A stretch of DNA of 64,000 nt from a virus (IMGVR_UViG_3300026488_000246:19463-83462), one strand, 5' to 3'. Positions 48,021-58,295 are shown, numbered from the stretch's first letter. Numbers and translations: made by a program. Notes: generated by a model not told the origin, from the letters alone.

Positions 48021-49494
48021 GATGCTTAATATTAGGTTATCAAATGAACGCGAAAAAAGAACCGTGATGATTTGTTTAGCTTTGTATGCTGCAAATTTCC
48101 TTGCTAACAGAATACCATCAAAAAAGATGGGAGTTATATATGGAGCTACAACAGCTGTAGCAGCTGTATTAACTGTAGCTTCAAGAATATCTGGTATTAA
48201 AGAAGCTCTTGGTGATTTATCTATTAAGTATAAGAGAAGCATGCCCTATGATATGGTTGCAGATTACATTAACAATACAATGCTTGAAAACTTAGTTTCA
48301 TATATGGTAAATATCATTGTGCAATCTTTCACTTTACAACCTTACAATACTAAAGCTCTAAAATCTATGATAAAAGATAAAACGAAACAAAGCACATACT
48401 TTGTTGTTGGATTCATTGTGGGTGTAATCATTGGATTGATTATCATAAAGAAGTATTACAAAGCTTTATCAGGTAAAGATATCAAGAAAATCATTCAAGA
48501 TTTACCTAAAGGAGTAGCATTAGCTCTTAATACAACCAAGAATAGTGTTTTTGTTGCATTAGTGCAGTTTATAGCTTTTGTATTTGTATCACTTGGTCTA
48601 ATACAGATAATAGTGGCATTTTTCAAAGCCTTAAAAGCAACCATCAAAGGAGAAAGAAATCTTGTTGATGCACTCAAGAAAGAATTCAAATTGAAACAGA
48701 TTTCAATATCGACAAACTATCTTAAACGTTTAGCTATGATTTACTATTACATTAAATTCAGAGGTGTTAAACCTAAACAAGCTCTAATGCAATTTAAACT
48801 TGTTAAAAGAAAATCAGCACTTAAAGATTTAAGAGAGCTTAAAAAGGAACCAAAAACACCAGAAGGTAAGAAACTTTATGAAGCAATACAGCTAGTAAAA
48901 GAAGCTTTAAAAAGAGCTGGAAAGAGACTTAATATCCCAATCTATGCAGCAAGATATCCATACTTTAATGCTTTCTTTGAACCTGTAGAAAGAATGATTG
49001 TTATACTTGTTGATAACCGTGAATTCAAGAAACTCACAGCAAGAGAAATTGCAGCTATACTCCTTCATGAGATTGGTCATGCAAATGAATTAGAATCTGT
49101 TTATGCAACAGCATTACTAGGTACAGCTGCTGTTGATGTCACTTTATCGTTACTTACAATACTTTTACTACCTTACTTTCTTAAACAAGATCCTGTTAGA
49201 AGATCTGTTAATGTAGTATTAGAATCTTTAGCTATTTCACAACTTGGTTTGGCTCTTGATTCATTTGGAAGACAAGAAGAAATGGCAGCTGATGCTTTTG
49301 CTACTGCTTTAGGATTTGGTACAGATTTAGCATCGGCGCTTGAAAAGTTACATGCAGACCATAATATAGATCCATCTGTTGAAATGATCTATGCTGCTGA
49401 CCCTCATGATATTCCACAAAGACGTATTAGAGTAATTCGTGAATTAGCATATGAATTGGCTAAACAAGAGAAAGACATAGTCAAATTTGCATAG
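48013..49494 (+). CDS. Membrane-associated M48-family zinc metalloprotease
   Basis: NAFF, EIAAILLHEIGH, QEEMAADAFA..LGFG..LASALEKL, PH..RI; hydrophobic N-terminal half. Confidence 0.8.
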   Translation: MDKMLNIRLSNEREKRTVMICLALYAANFLANRIPSKKMGVIYGATTAVAAVLTVASRISGIKEALGDLSIKYKRSMPYDMVADYINNTMLENLVSYMVNIIVQSFTLQPYNTKALKSMIKDKTKQSTYFVVGFIVGVIIGLIIIKKYYKALSGKDIKKIIQDLPKGVALALNTTKNSVFVALVQFIAFVFVSLGLIQIIVAFFKALKATIKGERNLVDALKKEFKLKQISISTNYLKRLAMIYYYIKFRGVKPKQALMQFKLVKRKSALKDLRELKKEPKTPEGKKLYEAIQLVKEALKRAGKRLNIPIYAARYPYFNAFFEPVERMIVILVDNREFKKLTAREIAAILLHEIGHANELESVYATALLGTAAVDVTLSLLTILLLPYFLKQDPVRRSVNVVLESLAISQLGLALDSFGRQEEMAADAFATALGFGTDLASALEKLHADHNIDPSVEMIYAADPHDIPQRRIRVIRELAYELAKQEKDIVKFA

Positions 49495-49498
49495 AAAA

Positions 49499-49531
49499 TG
49501 GGCCTGGAATCAGAAAATGGTTCCAGGCCCA
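49499..49531 (+). terminator. Intergenic hairpin (family member)
   Basis: TGGGCCTGGAATCA-GAAAA-TGGTTCCAGGCCCA. Confidence 0.65.
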
Positions 49532-49661
49532 ACACTTTCACCGAAAAATTTAGAATACTTCTTTTATTTAGTTTTGAAAAATGATGATGAATGACTCCAC
49601 TTTCGTAACAATTTTCATCCCATCTTTCCATTGTTTCGAAAAAACTACTGGAGGTTTCATA

Positions 49662-52124
49662 ATGCCTGGAGAAATTTATGTAATCAAAAGAGATGGAAGA
49701 AAGGAAACTTTCAACTTCAACAAAGTAATGAAGGTTGTTGACTTTGCATCCAAAGGTCTACAAGATGTTGATCTACAAGAATTCTATCAGGAATTTCAAT
49801 TCGTATTCAAAGTAGGTATAACAACAAAAGAATTACAACAGAAGTTGATCTCTACTGCAAACAAACTAACCGTTAAAGATGGACAAGTAAATCCTGATTA
49901 CTCAATATTTGCTAACAGGCTTTTCCTTATGGACTTTTGGAAAGAGTTTAAGCATAGAAGGGAAGAAGAATACAACACAATGACTGATGAATTTGGTTTT
50001 TTCAAGAACTCCGATAAATGGATTGAGCACCTTGAGAAGTATGTTGAATTAGGCATCTATGATGAGAGAATTTTGAAGATTTCAAAAGAAACCCTAAGGC
50101 ATCTCTATACATACGCAAAAAGGACTAACATAAAGTTTGATGATGGAACTCTAGGATGTGGCCATTTCATGTGGAATAACTTCTTTTATCAAACTTTGAA
50201 GTTCTACAAATCTTATCTCATTAGATATGAAGGTTTTCCAATTGAAAACTTTGATGAAGCTTTACTGCTTATAAGCATAATGGGGTTCTATCCTGATTAT
50301 AAGCAAGATAAGGATCTGTTCATCAAAAACGTCAAACAGTTTTATTGGCATTTGGTAAGCTATCATTTTGTGCCAGCTACTCCTCAACTATTAAACTTAA
50401 GGAGAAAGGATGGTAATCTTTCCTCTTGCAACATCTTTGATATGGATGATAATCTAGAATCTATAATGTATACAGCCTCCCAAGTAGCATTCATATCAAA
50501 AAGAGCTGGTGGTATTGGTGTTTATGGTGGTAGACTTAGACCTTCAGGCTCATATCTGATGGGTAATCCTGGTTTAGCAAATCATTTCAACATGTGGGGT
50601 AAGATCTTCAATGATGTTATTGTAGCTGTAAATCAAGGTGGTATAAGAAAAGGTTCCTGCACAATTGCTTTACCATGTTGGCATAAGGACATCATTGAAT
50701 TCATTAATTGCAAAAATCCATTAGGTGACCAAAGACTTAAACTATATGACATCTTCCCACAAATTATCTTGAATGATACATTTATGAAAGCAGTAGAAAA
50801 CAATGATGATTGGTATCTTGTAGATCATTACGAAATACAAAAGCTTGATCCCTCTATCAGCTTAATAGATGCAATAGGAAAAGAGTTTGAGCAACAATGG
50901 GAGAAAGTAAAGCAATACATTCAAGATGGTAAACTTAAGAACTACAAGAAAATCAAAGCCAGGTCTCTACTCATAGAAACTGGAAAAAATGTAACAGCAA
51001 CAGGTCTTCCTTATGTCTTCTTTGAAGATACAGCAAATAACTATTCCCCATTTAAAGAAAAGATTTACTGTGGTAACCTTTGTATGGAATCATTCAGTCC
51101 ATTCAAAAATACAAATCCTGAGCATAGGAAACTTCATGAATGTATCAAAGAAAATGAGCAAGGTTATGCACATTCATGTAATCTTTTCTCATTGAACCTA
51201 CCAAAGCTTTATGAAGATAGTATTCTATTTAACAATGAAAAGTTACAAAAGTTAATGTATCTTGTTGTTAGATATATGGACAATATTCTTGAAATGTCTG
51301 TACCACCTGTTGTGGAGATTAAAAATCATAATAAGCTTTACAGAACCGTTGGTATTGGATTCTTAGGATTAGCAGATCTATTTGTCAAGCTCTCATATGA
51401 TAGAAATACACTATACACCTATAGATTCACAACGAGAGGTATGTCTCAAGCAGATGAACTAAAACTTAAAACTCAAACATTGATAATGGAAATCTTTGGT
51501 CCTATCACATTTTATGGTATTAGAGCTTCTGTTGATTTAGCTAAAGAGAGAGGACATGCATCAGGATACAACAATACAAAATGGAAAGATGGTATAGCTT
51601 TAGGTCGGATTGATTTAAATAACATAGAGGATGCAGCTGAAAGTTTCCTTGTTGATGTAAGTAGCGTAAAACAGTTGAAAGAAGATTTGAAACTATATGG
51701 TATTCGTAATACCATGTTATTCAATTGTCCACCGAATACATCAACATCCATATATGCTGGTACCACTGCATCAATAATGCCTGCTTACGCACCATTCCAA
51801 ACAGAGTCTCAAAGGAATGCTACATACTTTGTCTTTCCTAGATACATCAAATATGGTCCTCTTATGTATGATTTCATTGTAACCTACGATGATAAGGATA
51901 CGTTGGATCTTGTAGATATCATAGCTACTATTCAAAGATATATAGATTCTGGAATCTCATTTGAATATCCAATCAACCATAAAAAGATCAAGAATGTACC
52001 TGTCTTCTTCTATCAGTTTCTCCACAAATGTTGGAAGTCAGGTATTAAGACCTTGTATTATGCAAGAAATATCACAATTCAAGGTTCACAGGAAAAGGAT
52101 GAATGTATTGGATGTGCAAACTAA
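49662..52124 (+). CDS. nrdA: Class Ia ribonucleotide reductase alpha subunit with ATP cone
   Basis: VIKRDGRKE, ATPQ..N..LSSC, CGNLCME, PPNTSTS, KTLYY, C-terminal CIGC; RBS GGAGG before ATG 49662. Confidence 0.95.
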   Translation: MPGEIYVIKRDGRKETFNFNKVMKVVDFASKGLQDVDLQEFYQEFQFVFKVGITTKELQQKLISTANKLTVKDGQVNPDYSIFANRLFLMDFWKEFKHRREEEYNTMTDEFGFFKNSDKWIEHLEKYVELGIYDERILKISKETLRHLYTYAKRTNIKFDDGTLGCGHFMWNNFFYQTLKFYKSYLIRYEGFPIENFDEALLLISIMGFYPDYKQDKDLFIKNVKQFYWHLVSYHFVPATPQLLNLRRKDGNLSSCNIFDMDDNLESIMYTASQVAFISKRAGGIGVYGGRLRPSGSYLMGNPGLANHFNMWGKIFNDVIVAVNQGGIRKGSCTIALPCWHKDIIEFINCKNPLGDQRLKLYDIFPQIILNDTFMKAVENNDDWYLVDHYEIQKLDPSISLIDAIGKEFEQQWEKVKQYIQDGKLKNYKKIKARSLLIETGKNVTATGLPYVFFEDTANNYSPFKEKIYCGNLCMESFSPFKNTNPEHRKLHECIKENEQGYAHSCNLFSLNLPKLYEDSILFNNEKLQKLMYLVVRYMDNILEMSVPPVVEIKNHNKLYRTVGIGFLGLADLFVKLSYDRNTLYTYRFTTRGMSQADELKLKTQTLIMEIFGPITFYGIRASVDLAKERGHASGYNNTKWKDGIALGRIDLNNIEDAAESFLVDVSSVKQLKEDLKLYGIRNTMLFNCPPNTSTSIYAGTTASIMPAYAPFQTESQRNATYFVFPRYIKYGPLMYDFIVTYDDKDTLDLVDIIATIQRYIDSGISFEYPINHKKIKNVPVFFYQFLHKCWKSGIKTLYYARNITIQGSQEKDECIGCAN

Positions 52125-52146
52125 AAACTATGAATATATGAGGTGA

Positions 52147-52434
52147 ATGATGTCAACATTATATATAACTGTAGCAATTGTGATATTCGTTTTAACAACA
52201 ATTGGTATTCTTTATTCGATTTGCAAAGATTATGGAAAAGTTACTTTAAGCGATTTAGGTCTAACATTAACCATAACAGCTACTCTTTCATATTTCTGGC
52301 TACCTGTGTTATGTGGTTTGATTGCATTAGCTATTTTTGCATTAGTTTACTACATTGATGCAAAATATTTTGGTTTATTCGAGAAACTTTCGAAATGGAT
52401 GGATAAGTCAATTTTCACTTGCAAACTAAAATAG
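52147..52434 (+). CDS. Small membrane protein
   Basis: Two to three hydrophobic helices. Confidence 0.65.
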   Translation: MMSTLYITVAIVIFVLTTIGILYSICKDYGKVTLSDLGLTLTITATLSYFWLPVLCGLIALAIFALVYYIDAKYFGLFEKLSKWMDKSIFTCKLK

Positions 52435-52448
52435 AAAAGGAGGGAACT

Positions 52449-52850
52449 ATGAAGTTTAACATTGAACGAGTATGTGTAAATGCTCTATCGGAAAAGAAGT
52501 TTGAGGAATCTCTTCAAAGAATCAAGTCTATCATTTTTGAATCGTCTAAAAATGTAAGCGTTATAGGCATCAACATCAAGAACGAGAAACAATTCATTAT
52601 CGAAGTTGCTGATGGTGATAAACTTGGTGAATTCGTAACCATGAAAAACATTGAAAGTATTCTTAGAAAAATGATTGAAACATCTTCTGTTAAGAGATTT
52701 GATGTTGATATTGTGATACCTGTTTCTTTTAGCCCAATTTCATTTAATACATGGGATAATAGAAAAATCCTATCCAAAACACCAGATCTTTGTAAGAAGA
52801 TTTCTGATTACGTTGTCAATCATGTAACGATTATTGCTGAAGAAGTTTAA
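52449..52850 (+). CDS. Hypothetical protein
   Basis: RBS AGGAGG before ATG 52449. Confidence 0.65.
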   Translation: MKFNIERVCVNALSEKKFEESLQRIKSIIFESSKNVSVIGINIKNEKQFIIEVADGDKLGEFVTMKNIESILRKMIETSSVKRFDVDIVIPVSFSPISFNTWDNRKILSKTPDLCKKISDYVVNHVTIIAEEV

Positions 52851-52863
52851 CGAAGAAATAAAT

Positions 52864-52894
52864 AGGGAAGTGACCTAGTTTAGGTTGCTTCCCT
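52864..52894 (+). terminator. Intergenic hairpin
   Basis: AGGGAAGTGACCTA-GTT-TAGGTTGCTTCCCT then TATTT. Confidence 0.6.
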
Positions 52895-52904
52895 TATTTG
52901 GAGG

Positions 52905-53321
52905 ATGATTATGCTTAAGATTTATTGCTCAACACCTTTTAAACATTACAAAGAGATGGAAGATTTAGTTTATCTTGCATTATGCAAAAGTAAAACGGTT
53001 GACAATCATTGCAAATTCATACTACCACAATGTTTAGAATCTGAGTTAGAATCTTTTGTGTTTTCTGATTTAAAAATGCTTGAGGAATCTGATATACTTC
53101 TTATTCACATTCCAGAACCATCTGTAGGTGCTTGTGCAGAACTGGGATATTTTAAAGCATGTAATCCAACCAAGCCTATTATTGGTTACAAGTGCATGAT
53201 TCATCCTTGGATAAAACACCTATGTAATTTCCAGATTGATCATGTAGATCAATTGGTTGAAATCTTAGAAACAATGATTCTTGGGAAGAAAGAGATTTCA
53301 CCATACAAACAGGGAGGTTAG
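52905..53321 (+). CDS. Nucleoside 2-deoxyribosyltransferase / dNMP N-glycosidase-like protein
   Basis: DLKMLEESDILLI..PSVGACAELGYFKA..KPIIG motif. Confidence 0.7.
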   Translation: MIMLKIYCSTPFKHYKEMEDLVYLALCKSKTVDNHCKFILPQCLESELESFVFSDLKMLEESDILLIHIPEPSVGACAELGYFKACNPTKPIIGYKCMIHPWIKHLCNFQIDHVDQLVEILETMILGKKEISPYKQGG

Positions 53322-53324
53322 CTA

Positions 53325-54416
53325 ATGAATCTTATACCACAATTCTTCAACAGGGACGGTAATGACGATGTTTCTCTAAGAGAATTGCTTTACTCAGATC
53401 AAGCTATTCAAAATAGCACAGGAACATGGAACCTTAACAAGTCTAAAAGAGGGTTTGCTGATAGATTCTTTGAAAGCCAATGGGCATTTTTATGGAGACC
53501 TGACGAAATTGATATGTCTCAAGATGCATCACAGTTTCATTCATTAGATCCAAGAATTCAATTTAGCATTGAAACTACATTATCCTTTCTTCAATACATA
53601 GAATCATGTGTGGCTGAAAACCTAATCTTAGTAAAACTAGTAACTAATGATTATGAAATCAAGAGAGCTTTAGCTTTACATGAAATGATAGAAGCTGGAA
53701 TCCATACAGAATCTTATCAAACTATACTTAAAGCTTTATGTGGTGAAGATGATAAAAGAATCAATGAAATCTATTACAGATTTAAAGATTTCAAACCATT
53801 AGCAGAAAGAAACTATCTAATTTCAAGAGAGTTTCAATCACTTAGAGATCTTGTATGGAATGGTTCGTTACATGCAGATGAAAAGAAATTCAAACAACAA
53901 GTATTTAGAGCTCTAGTACAAGATTACTTTATAGAAGGTGTAGTATTCTATGCTGGTTTCAATCTATTCCATTTTATGGAAGTGGAACATCAAATTCTAT
54001 CAGGAGCTAATAGGAATATAGTACTTATCAGAAGAGATGAAGAATTACACGTACCTCTATTTGCAAATATTATAAGTACATTCAAAGTTGAATATCCAGA
54101 ATTCTATCATGAAGATATCATCTATGAAATAGCTGAAAAATCTGCTAATGCTGATATCACATTCTATTCTGAAGCTTATGGTGATAACATACCAGGACTC
54201 ACAACAAAAGTCATTGAAACATATATTAGATTCTTAACAGATAAGAGATTAAAGCTACTTGGACTAAAACCATTATTCAATGTGGATAAGAACCCATTAG
54301 AGCATATCGAACTTATTGCAATGGGTTCTGAAACCAAGAAAGCTTCTTTTATGGAAACAGGTAATACAGATTACCAACATGTATCTGCAAATTGGGATGA
54401 AATTTTGAATCTATAG
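53325..54416 (+). CDS. nrdB: Class Ia ribonucleotide reductase beta subunit
   Basis: WRPDEIDMSQD, EAGIHTESY, IEGVVFYAGF, IRRDEELH, SFME..TDY di-iron motifs. Confidence 0.95.
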   Translation: MNLIPQFFNRDGNDDVSLRELLYSDQAIQNSTGTWNLNKSKRGFADRFFESQWAFLWRPDEIDMSQDASQFHSLDPRIQFSIETTLSFLQYIESCVAENLILVKLVTNDYEIKRALALHEMIEAGIHTESYQTILKALCGEDDKRINEIYYRFKDFKPLAERNYLISREFQSLRDLVWNGSLHADEKKFKQQVFRALVQDYFIEGVVFYAGFNLFHFMEVEHQILSGANRNIVLIRRDEELHVPLFANIISTFKVEYPEFYHEDIIYEIAEKSANADITFYSEAYGDNIPGLTTKVIETYIRFLTDKRLKLLGLKPLFNVDKNPLEHIELIAMGSETKKASFMETGNTDYQHVSANWDEILNL

Positions 54417-54430
54417 AAGGGGTTGTTAAA

Positions 54431-55093
54431 ATGGTAAACAAGAAACAAGTTGAGAAAGTTGTGGAAAAAGTTATCAGCGTATCTTTTGATCCTGAAAAGG
54501 TTTACAAGTTTGCATTGGAACTTCTTGAACCAAAAGGCAACATACAAATCGTACATACACTACGAGCAAAAGATCCAAAAGAACTTTATGCTAAACTTGT
54601 AAAAACTGTAGAAAACACGCTTCTCAAAGATGCTTCTGAAGATGAAAAGAAGAAAGCTGCTAAAATTGCATCTAACATAATTAAGAAGATACAACTTTCT
54701 CAAGTAAAACCTGCATATAAGCAAGAGATACAGAAATACAGAGATGCACTTCAAGTTGATGTAGCTAAGACATTAATTACTGGTATTGTGCTAGTTATAG
54801 TTGGTATTGCATTGACAAAGAAATTTGCAGAAACATTCAATCCTATAACAGCTGTTAAGAAACTAGTACAACAAGGGCAAAAATTTAAAGCTGCAGTATT
54901 GGCTATTATACTACTCTTTGGAATTGGATTGATTGTACTTGCATCTTATAGATACTACAAGAAGTACAAAGCTAAGAAAGAAGCAAAAGAAAAACTCTCT
55001 GAGATTGCTAAAGAAATTGCTAAAGATCTTCTATTCCAGAAAGGAAACAAGACAATCAAGACTGATTTTGAGATTAAGCTTGATAATGAATAG
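54431..55093 (+). CDS. Lys-rich membrane protein
   Basis: Two C-terminal hydrophobic helices flanked by basic stretches. Confidence 0.65.
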   Translation: MVNKKQVEKVVEKVISVSFDPEKVYKFALELLEPKGNIQIVHTLRAKDPKELYAKLVKTVENTLLKDASEDEKKKAAKIASNIIKKIQLSQVKPAYKQEIQKYRDALQVDVAKTLITGIVLVIVGIALTKKFAETFNPITAVKKLVQQGQKFKAAVLAIILLFGIGLIVLASYRYYKKYKAKKEAKEKLSEIAKEIAKDLLFQKGNKTIKTDFEIKLDNE

Positions 55094-55100
55094 TGTAGCA

Positions 55101-55206
55101 TTCCCGAGGATCTATTTTGCTTTGGTCCTCGGGAACACCAACTTTATGTTGAAAAAGCATTTATATTATACCGATGGCTCTAGGATCATTTTTGGTCCTA
55201 GAGCCA
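55101..55206 (+). terminator. Two tandem family hairpins
   Basis: TTCCCGAGGATC/GGTCCTCGGGAA (55101-55135) and TGGCTCTAGGATCA-TTTT-TGGTCCTAGAGCCA (55175-55206). Confidence 0.6.
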
Positions 55207-55228
55207 ACCATTTCATTCGAGGTGTATT

Positions 55229-55714
55229 ATGAACAGAGAGAAACTTGAAGCACTTACAGATGAATCCAGAAGTAAACTTACAAATCGAATGAGAGAAATT
55301 CTTGAAGAATTAAAACTTAATGTGTCATTGGAAGAATTAGATATCATTATCAACGGATTCATAGAATTCGGCTTTCCAGAATACGTTAGCTGTGATAACA
55401 TTCCTCCATCACTTGAAGATTGTATGTCTGATCCTATTGTTTCTAAACTTATGGAGAAGGAATATAATCTGACTATCGCTTTTTATCTATTGATACTTTT
55501 AGCATTTGTATTTCCTCCTTTGGTAGTTCCACTCAGCTTTGCTTATGGTTGCAAACAAGATTCTTTAACAGAAGAATTATGTTTGAAAGTAGCATACACC
55601 TATCTTGTGTTAACAAAGAAATACAAGCTTAACAACGAAGAAGCTTTATTTGTTCTTCGAGATATTATTCAGGAAGAGCTGAAGTCTATAAAACAAGTTT
55701 ATCAACCCCTCTAA
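55229..55714 (+). CDS. Hypothetical membrane protein
   Basis: RBS GAGGTG; one hydrophobic segment. Confidence 0.65.
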   Translation: MNREKLEALTDESRSKLTNRMREILEELKLNVSLEELDIIINGFIEFGFPEYVSCDNIPPSLEDCMSDPIVSKLMEKEYNLTIAFYLLILLAFVFPPLVVPLSFAYGCKQDSLTEELCLKVAYTYLVLTKKYKLNNEEALFVLRDIIQEELKSIKQVYQPL

Positions 55715-55726
55715 AAGAGGTACGAT

Positions 55727-56287
55727 ATGATCAAAACTGCATGTCTTGTATTGGATAAACGATGGTATCCAGCAATGATTCTGAATTATAGAAAAGCATT
55801 CACACTTTCGTTAAGAGATGGTGCAGATGTATTAGCAACTCATCCAATCCATAAACTTCATACCATAAACGAAACGTTCGACATTCCCATTGTTATACGA
55901 GTTAACGAAATTATTGAACCTCAAATGATCTATGTCAATCCATCAAGATTCATGATCTTCGTAAGAGACAATTGGACATGTCAATATTGTGGAAGATCAC
56001 TTTCAGAAAAAGAATGCACTATTGATCATGTTATACCTAAATCTCAAGGTGGCCCATGGTCTTGGACTAATCTTGTAACATGTTGTCCAGAATGTAATCA
56101 AAAGAAAGGTAATCAAATTTGGCAACCAATGCAAAAGCCTTACAGACCAGAACCAATTATTATTAGCCTGAGAAGAATTGTACTTCAACGTAAAGTTGAT
56201 GATATAACATTAGACATTTGGAAACAGTTCCTTCCATTGAAGACAAGAATAATGGTTAACAGATTACAACAAATTTGCTTTATCTGA
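55727..56287 (+). CDS. HNH endonuclease (McrA-like, Zn-binding)
   Basis: RDNWTCQYCG, TIDHVIPKSQGG..WTNLVTCCPECNQKKGN. Confidence 0.92.
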   Translation: MIKTACLVLDKRWYPAMILNYRKAFTLSLRDGADVLATHPIHKLHTINETFDIPIVIRVNEIIEPQMIYVNPSRFMIFVRDNWTCQYCGRSLSEKECTIDHVIPKSQGGPWSWTNLVTCCPECNQKKGNQIWQPMQKPYRPEPIIISLRRIVLQRKVDDITLDIWKQFLPLKTRIMVNRLQQICFI

Positions 56288-56304
56288 TTTCTGTAGTTGA
56301 TGCA

Positions 56305-56354
56305 AACCTATCCTAATAATCGTATACAATTTTATTACAAAATGAAACGATTCC
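56305..56354 (+). promoter_or_regulatory. Motif A copy 6
   Basis: AACCTATCCTAATAATCGTATACAATTTTATTACAAAATGAAACGATTCC. Confidence 0.7.
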
Positions 56355-56376
56355 GTTGTTTTTGAAGAGGAGAACC

Positions 56377-56847
56377 ATGGAACTAATTTTCAAAAATGCA
56401 AGTATTGTAGGAGTATCCAGGAAACCATCTAAGAAACTTTCTATTTGCAAAAACGAGGTACATCCAATCTTTCATATTGAGTGTAATCCTAATGAATGCT
56501 TTATGGGAATGTTTGTGCGTCGTAGTACATCAGGGTTAATATCCAAGGAAAAAGCACAAGCTTTCTGCAGTACCGAAGGAGTATCTGTTTTGTATATGGA
56601 CTTTATCAGTGAATTTTATAGCAAGATTCTCAAATCTGACTTCTTTATGGCGTTTCTTCTCTTGGAAGAGAATGCAGAATCAGCTATAGCTAAGGTATTC
56701 AAAAATGATGGAAGATACTTTTATACAAGATTCGATACATATCAACCAATGAGAATAATGAGTTTATTTTCACTGTATGAAGAATTCTGGAGTAAGTTTC
56801 TAAGTGCTGTGCATTTTATAAGCATTAACTCGAATAAGGAGATTTAG
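56377..56847 (+). CDS. Hypothetical protein
   Basis: RBS GAGGAG before ATG 56377. Confidence 0.7.
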   Translation: MELIFKNASIVGVSRKPSKKLSICKNEVHPIFHIECNPNECFMGMFVRRSTSGLISKEKAQAFCSTEGVSVLYMDFISEFYSKILKSDFFMAFLLLEENAESAIAKVFKNDGRYFYTRFDTYQPMRIMSLFSLYEEFWSKFLSAVHFISINSNKEI

Positions 56848-57485
56848 TGATGGACAAAGGAAATTTCTTACTTGAATTAGCAAAGCATTTCTATACGGAT
56901 CTTGAAAATGTAACAACTCCGCCTAAAGAATTGCATAAGAAGGTAATTTATTGGTCATCAAAGGTCGTATTGAATCTAGAAGAGAATGCTTATGATTGGG
57001 AAACAAACCTTTATTATCTTTCCAGATATAGCTTAAGTCTTTTACTTGTCAAGTTTGCTAATGGATATAGAAACGATTTATTCAAACTTCTTGTGCAATT
57101 TTCCAAAACAAGCTTTAATGATGATGGAGTAACCTTAGCTCATAAGTTGGCCAGTCTTTATGATCATCCTGTATTTATAGCATGTTTGCCTGATCTTGTT
57201 GTAGAATTTACATCTCTTGATAAGTTTATTGATCTTTTACCCTACATAAAATCTTTGCATTATATACGAATCTTATATTGTAAAGATTCCTATCCCAAAC
57301 TATGGTTGTTGGATAATGCATATGTACCTGATACAGTCATTATTCATAAAGCTTTTGATGAGTTAGGTAAACAAGCAACATATGAAGTCATTCGTAATTA
57401 TTACTTGAAGCATCTACCTACTCAACCTAAATGTGAGGAATATAGATGTGAAAATCTACAAAGTAGATGTAACTCTAAAGAATGA
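56847..57485 (+). CDS. Hypothetical protein
   Basis: Translationally coupled ORF, RBS AAGGAG. Confidence 0.65.
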   Translation: MMDKGNFLLELAKHFYTDLENVTTPPKELHKKVIYWSSKVVLNLEENAYDWETNLYYLSRYSLSLLLVKFANGYRNDLFKLLVQFSKTSFNDDGVTLAHKLASLYDHPVFIACLPDLVVEFTSLDKFIDLLPYIKSLHYIRILYCKDSYPKLWLLDNAYVPDTVIIHKAFDELGKQATYEVIRNYYLKHLPTQPKCEEYRCENLQSRCNSKE

Positions 57486-57768
57486 AAAGATGGTAACAAG
57501 AATTTACGGTTATCAGTTCGAGAGTGATTGGTTAGATACTGTATCTTTTTTCTTATACGGAAATCTTTTGGAGATTATGGATGATGTATGTATCATTGAA
57601 ACAGAACTATGCCCATCATTCAGAGATCTAATTGAAGATCCTGCTGATTTCTTTAGACCTTTTAGACCATTTGCAAATGAAGTTAAATGGATTCTTAATG
57701 GTCAATCCTATTCAACATTTCATAGTTTTCTAGTTGACTTTTCAAGATTGTTTAAAACTCTTAAGTAA
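57448..57768 (+). CDS. Hypothetical protein
   Basis: RBS GAGG before GTG 57448. Confidence 0.6.
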   Translation: MKIYKVDVTLKNEKMVTRIYGYQFESDWLDTVSFFLYGNLLEIMDDVCIIETELCPSFRDLIEDPADFFRPFRPFANEVKWILNGQSYSTFHSFLVDFSRLFKTLK

Positions 57769-57782
57769 AACTATCATAGTAG

Positions 57783-57832
57783 TACCTAACCTAATAACCG
57801 TATACAACTTTATTACAAAATGAAACGCTTCC
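57783..57832 (+). promoter_or_regulatory. Motif A copy 7
   Basis: TACCTAACCTAATAACCGTATACAACTTTATTACAAAATGAAACGCTTCC. Confidence 0.75.
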
Positions 57833-57851
57833 ATCATTTCTACGGAGGTTG

Positions 57852-58295
57852 ATGAAAAAAATGAGAGTGGTTCTTGAAAAACTTGGTGATATCTATAAGG
57901 CAACTATTCATCTATCGTCAAACGATCCAATCGACATACGTTTCTTGGTGTATGTGTTTGAGATTCGGCAGATTCATCCATTCACCAAAGAGCATCTTCT
58001 TAAGCTTGACGAAGAAACTAGGAACGAGATTGAGAAAATTCTTGAACAATTGAGATCGGTTGGTCATATACTAGTTATTCTTCCTAAAGATGTCTTTAGG
58101 ACTATGAGTGTCCAAATTAAGTTTGACAGCTATGTTTATGTTGAATCTGCACAGAAAGCTTTACAGTTGGCTGAAGCGTTAACAGAGATAGGTTTTCTAT
58201 GTCGGTCACTAATCACTGAATGTGATGTTGACTACACATATATCAATATCGATCCATCACATGTCAAACCTCTTCGCATGATATACGCCAGTTAA
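57852..58295 (+). CDS. Hypothetical protein
   Basis: RBS GGAGG after motif A. Confidence 0.7.
   Translation: MKKMRVVLEKLGDIYKATIHLSSNDPIDIRFLVYVFEIRQIHPFTKEHLLKLDEETRNEIEKILEQLRSVGHILVILPKDVFRTMSVQIKFDSYVYVESAQKALQLAEALTEIGFLCRSLITECDVDYTYINIDPSHVKPLRMIYAS

Noticed and set aside
55727-56287. HNH gene as an intron-encoded or intein homing endonuclease
   Set aside because: Free-standing with its own RBS between intact genes, with no flanking split gene or intron structure
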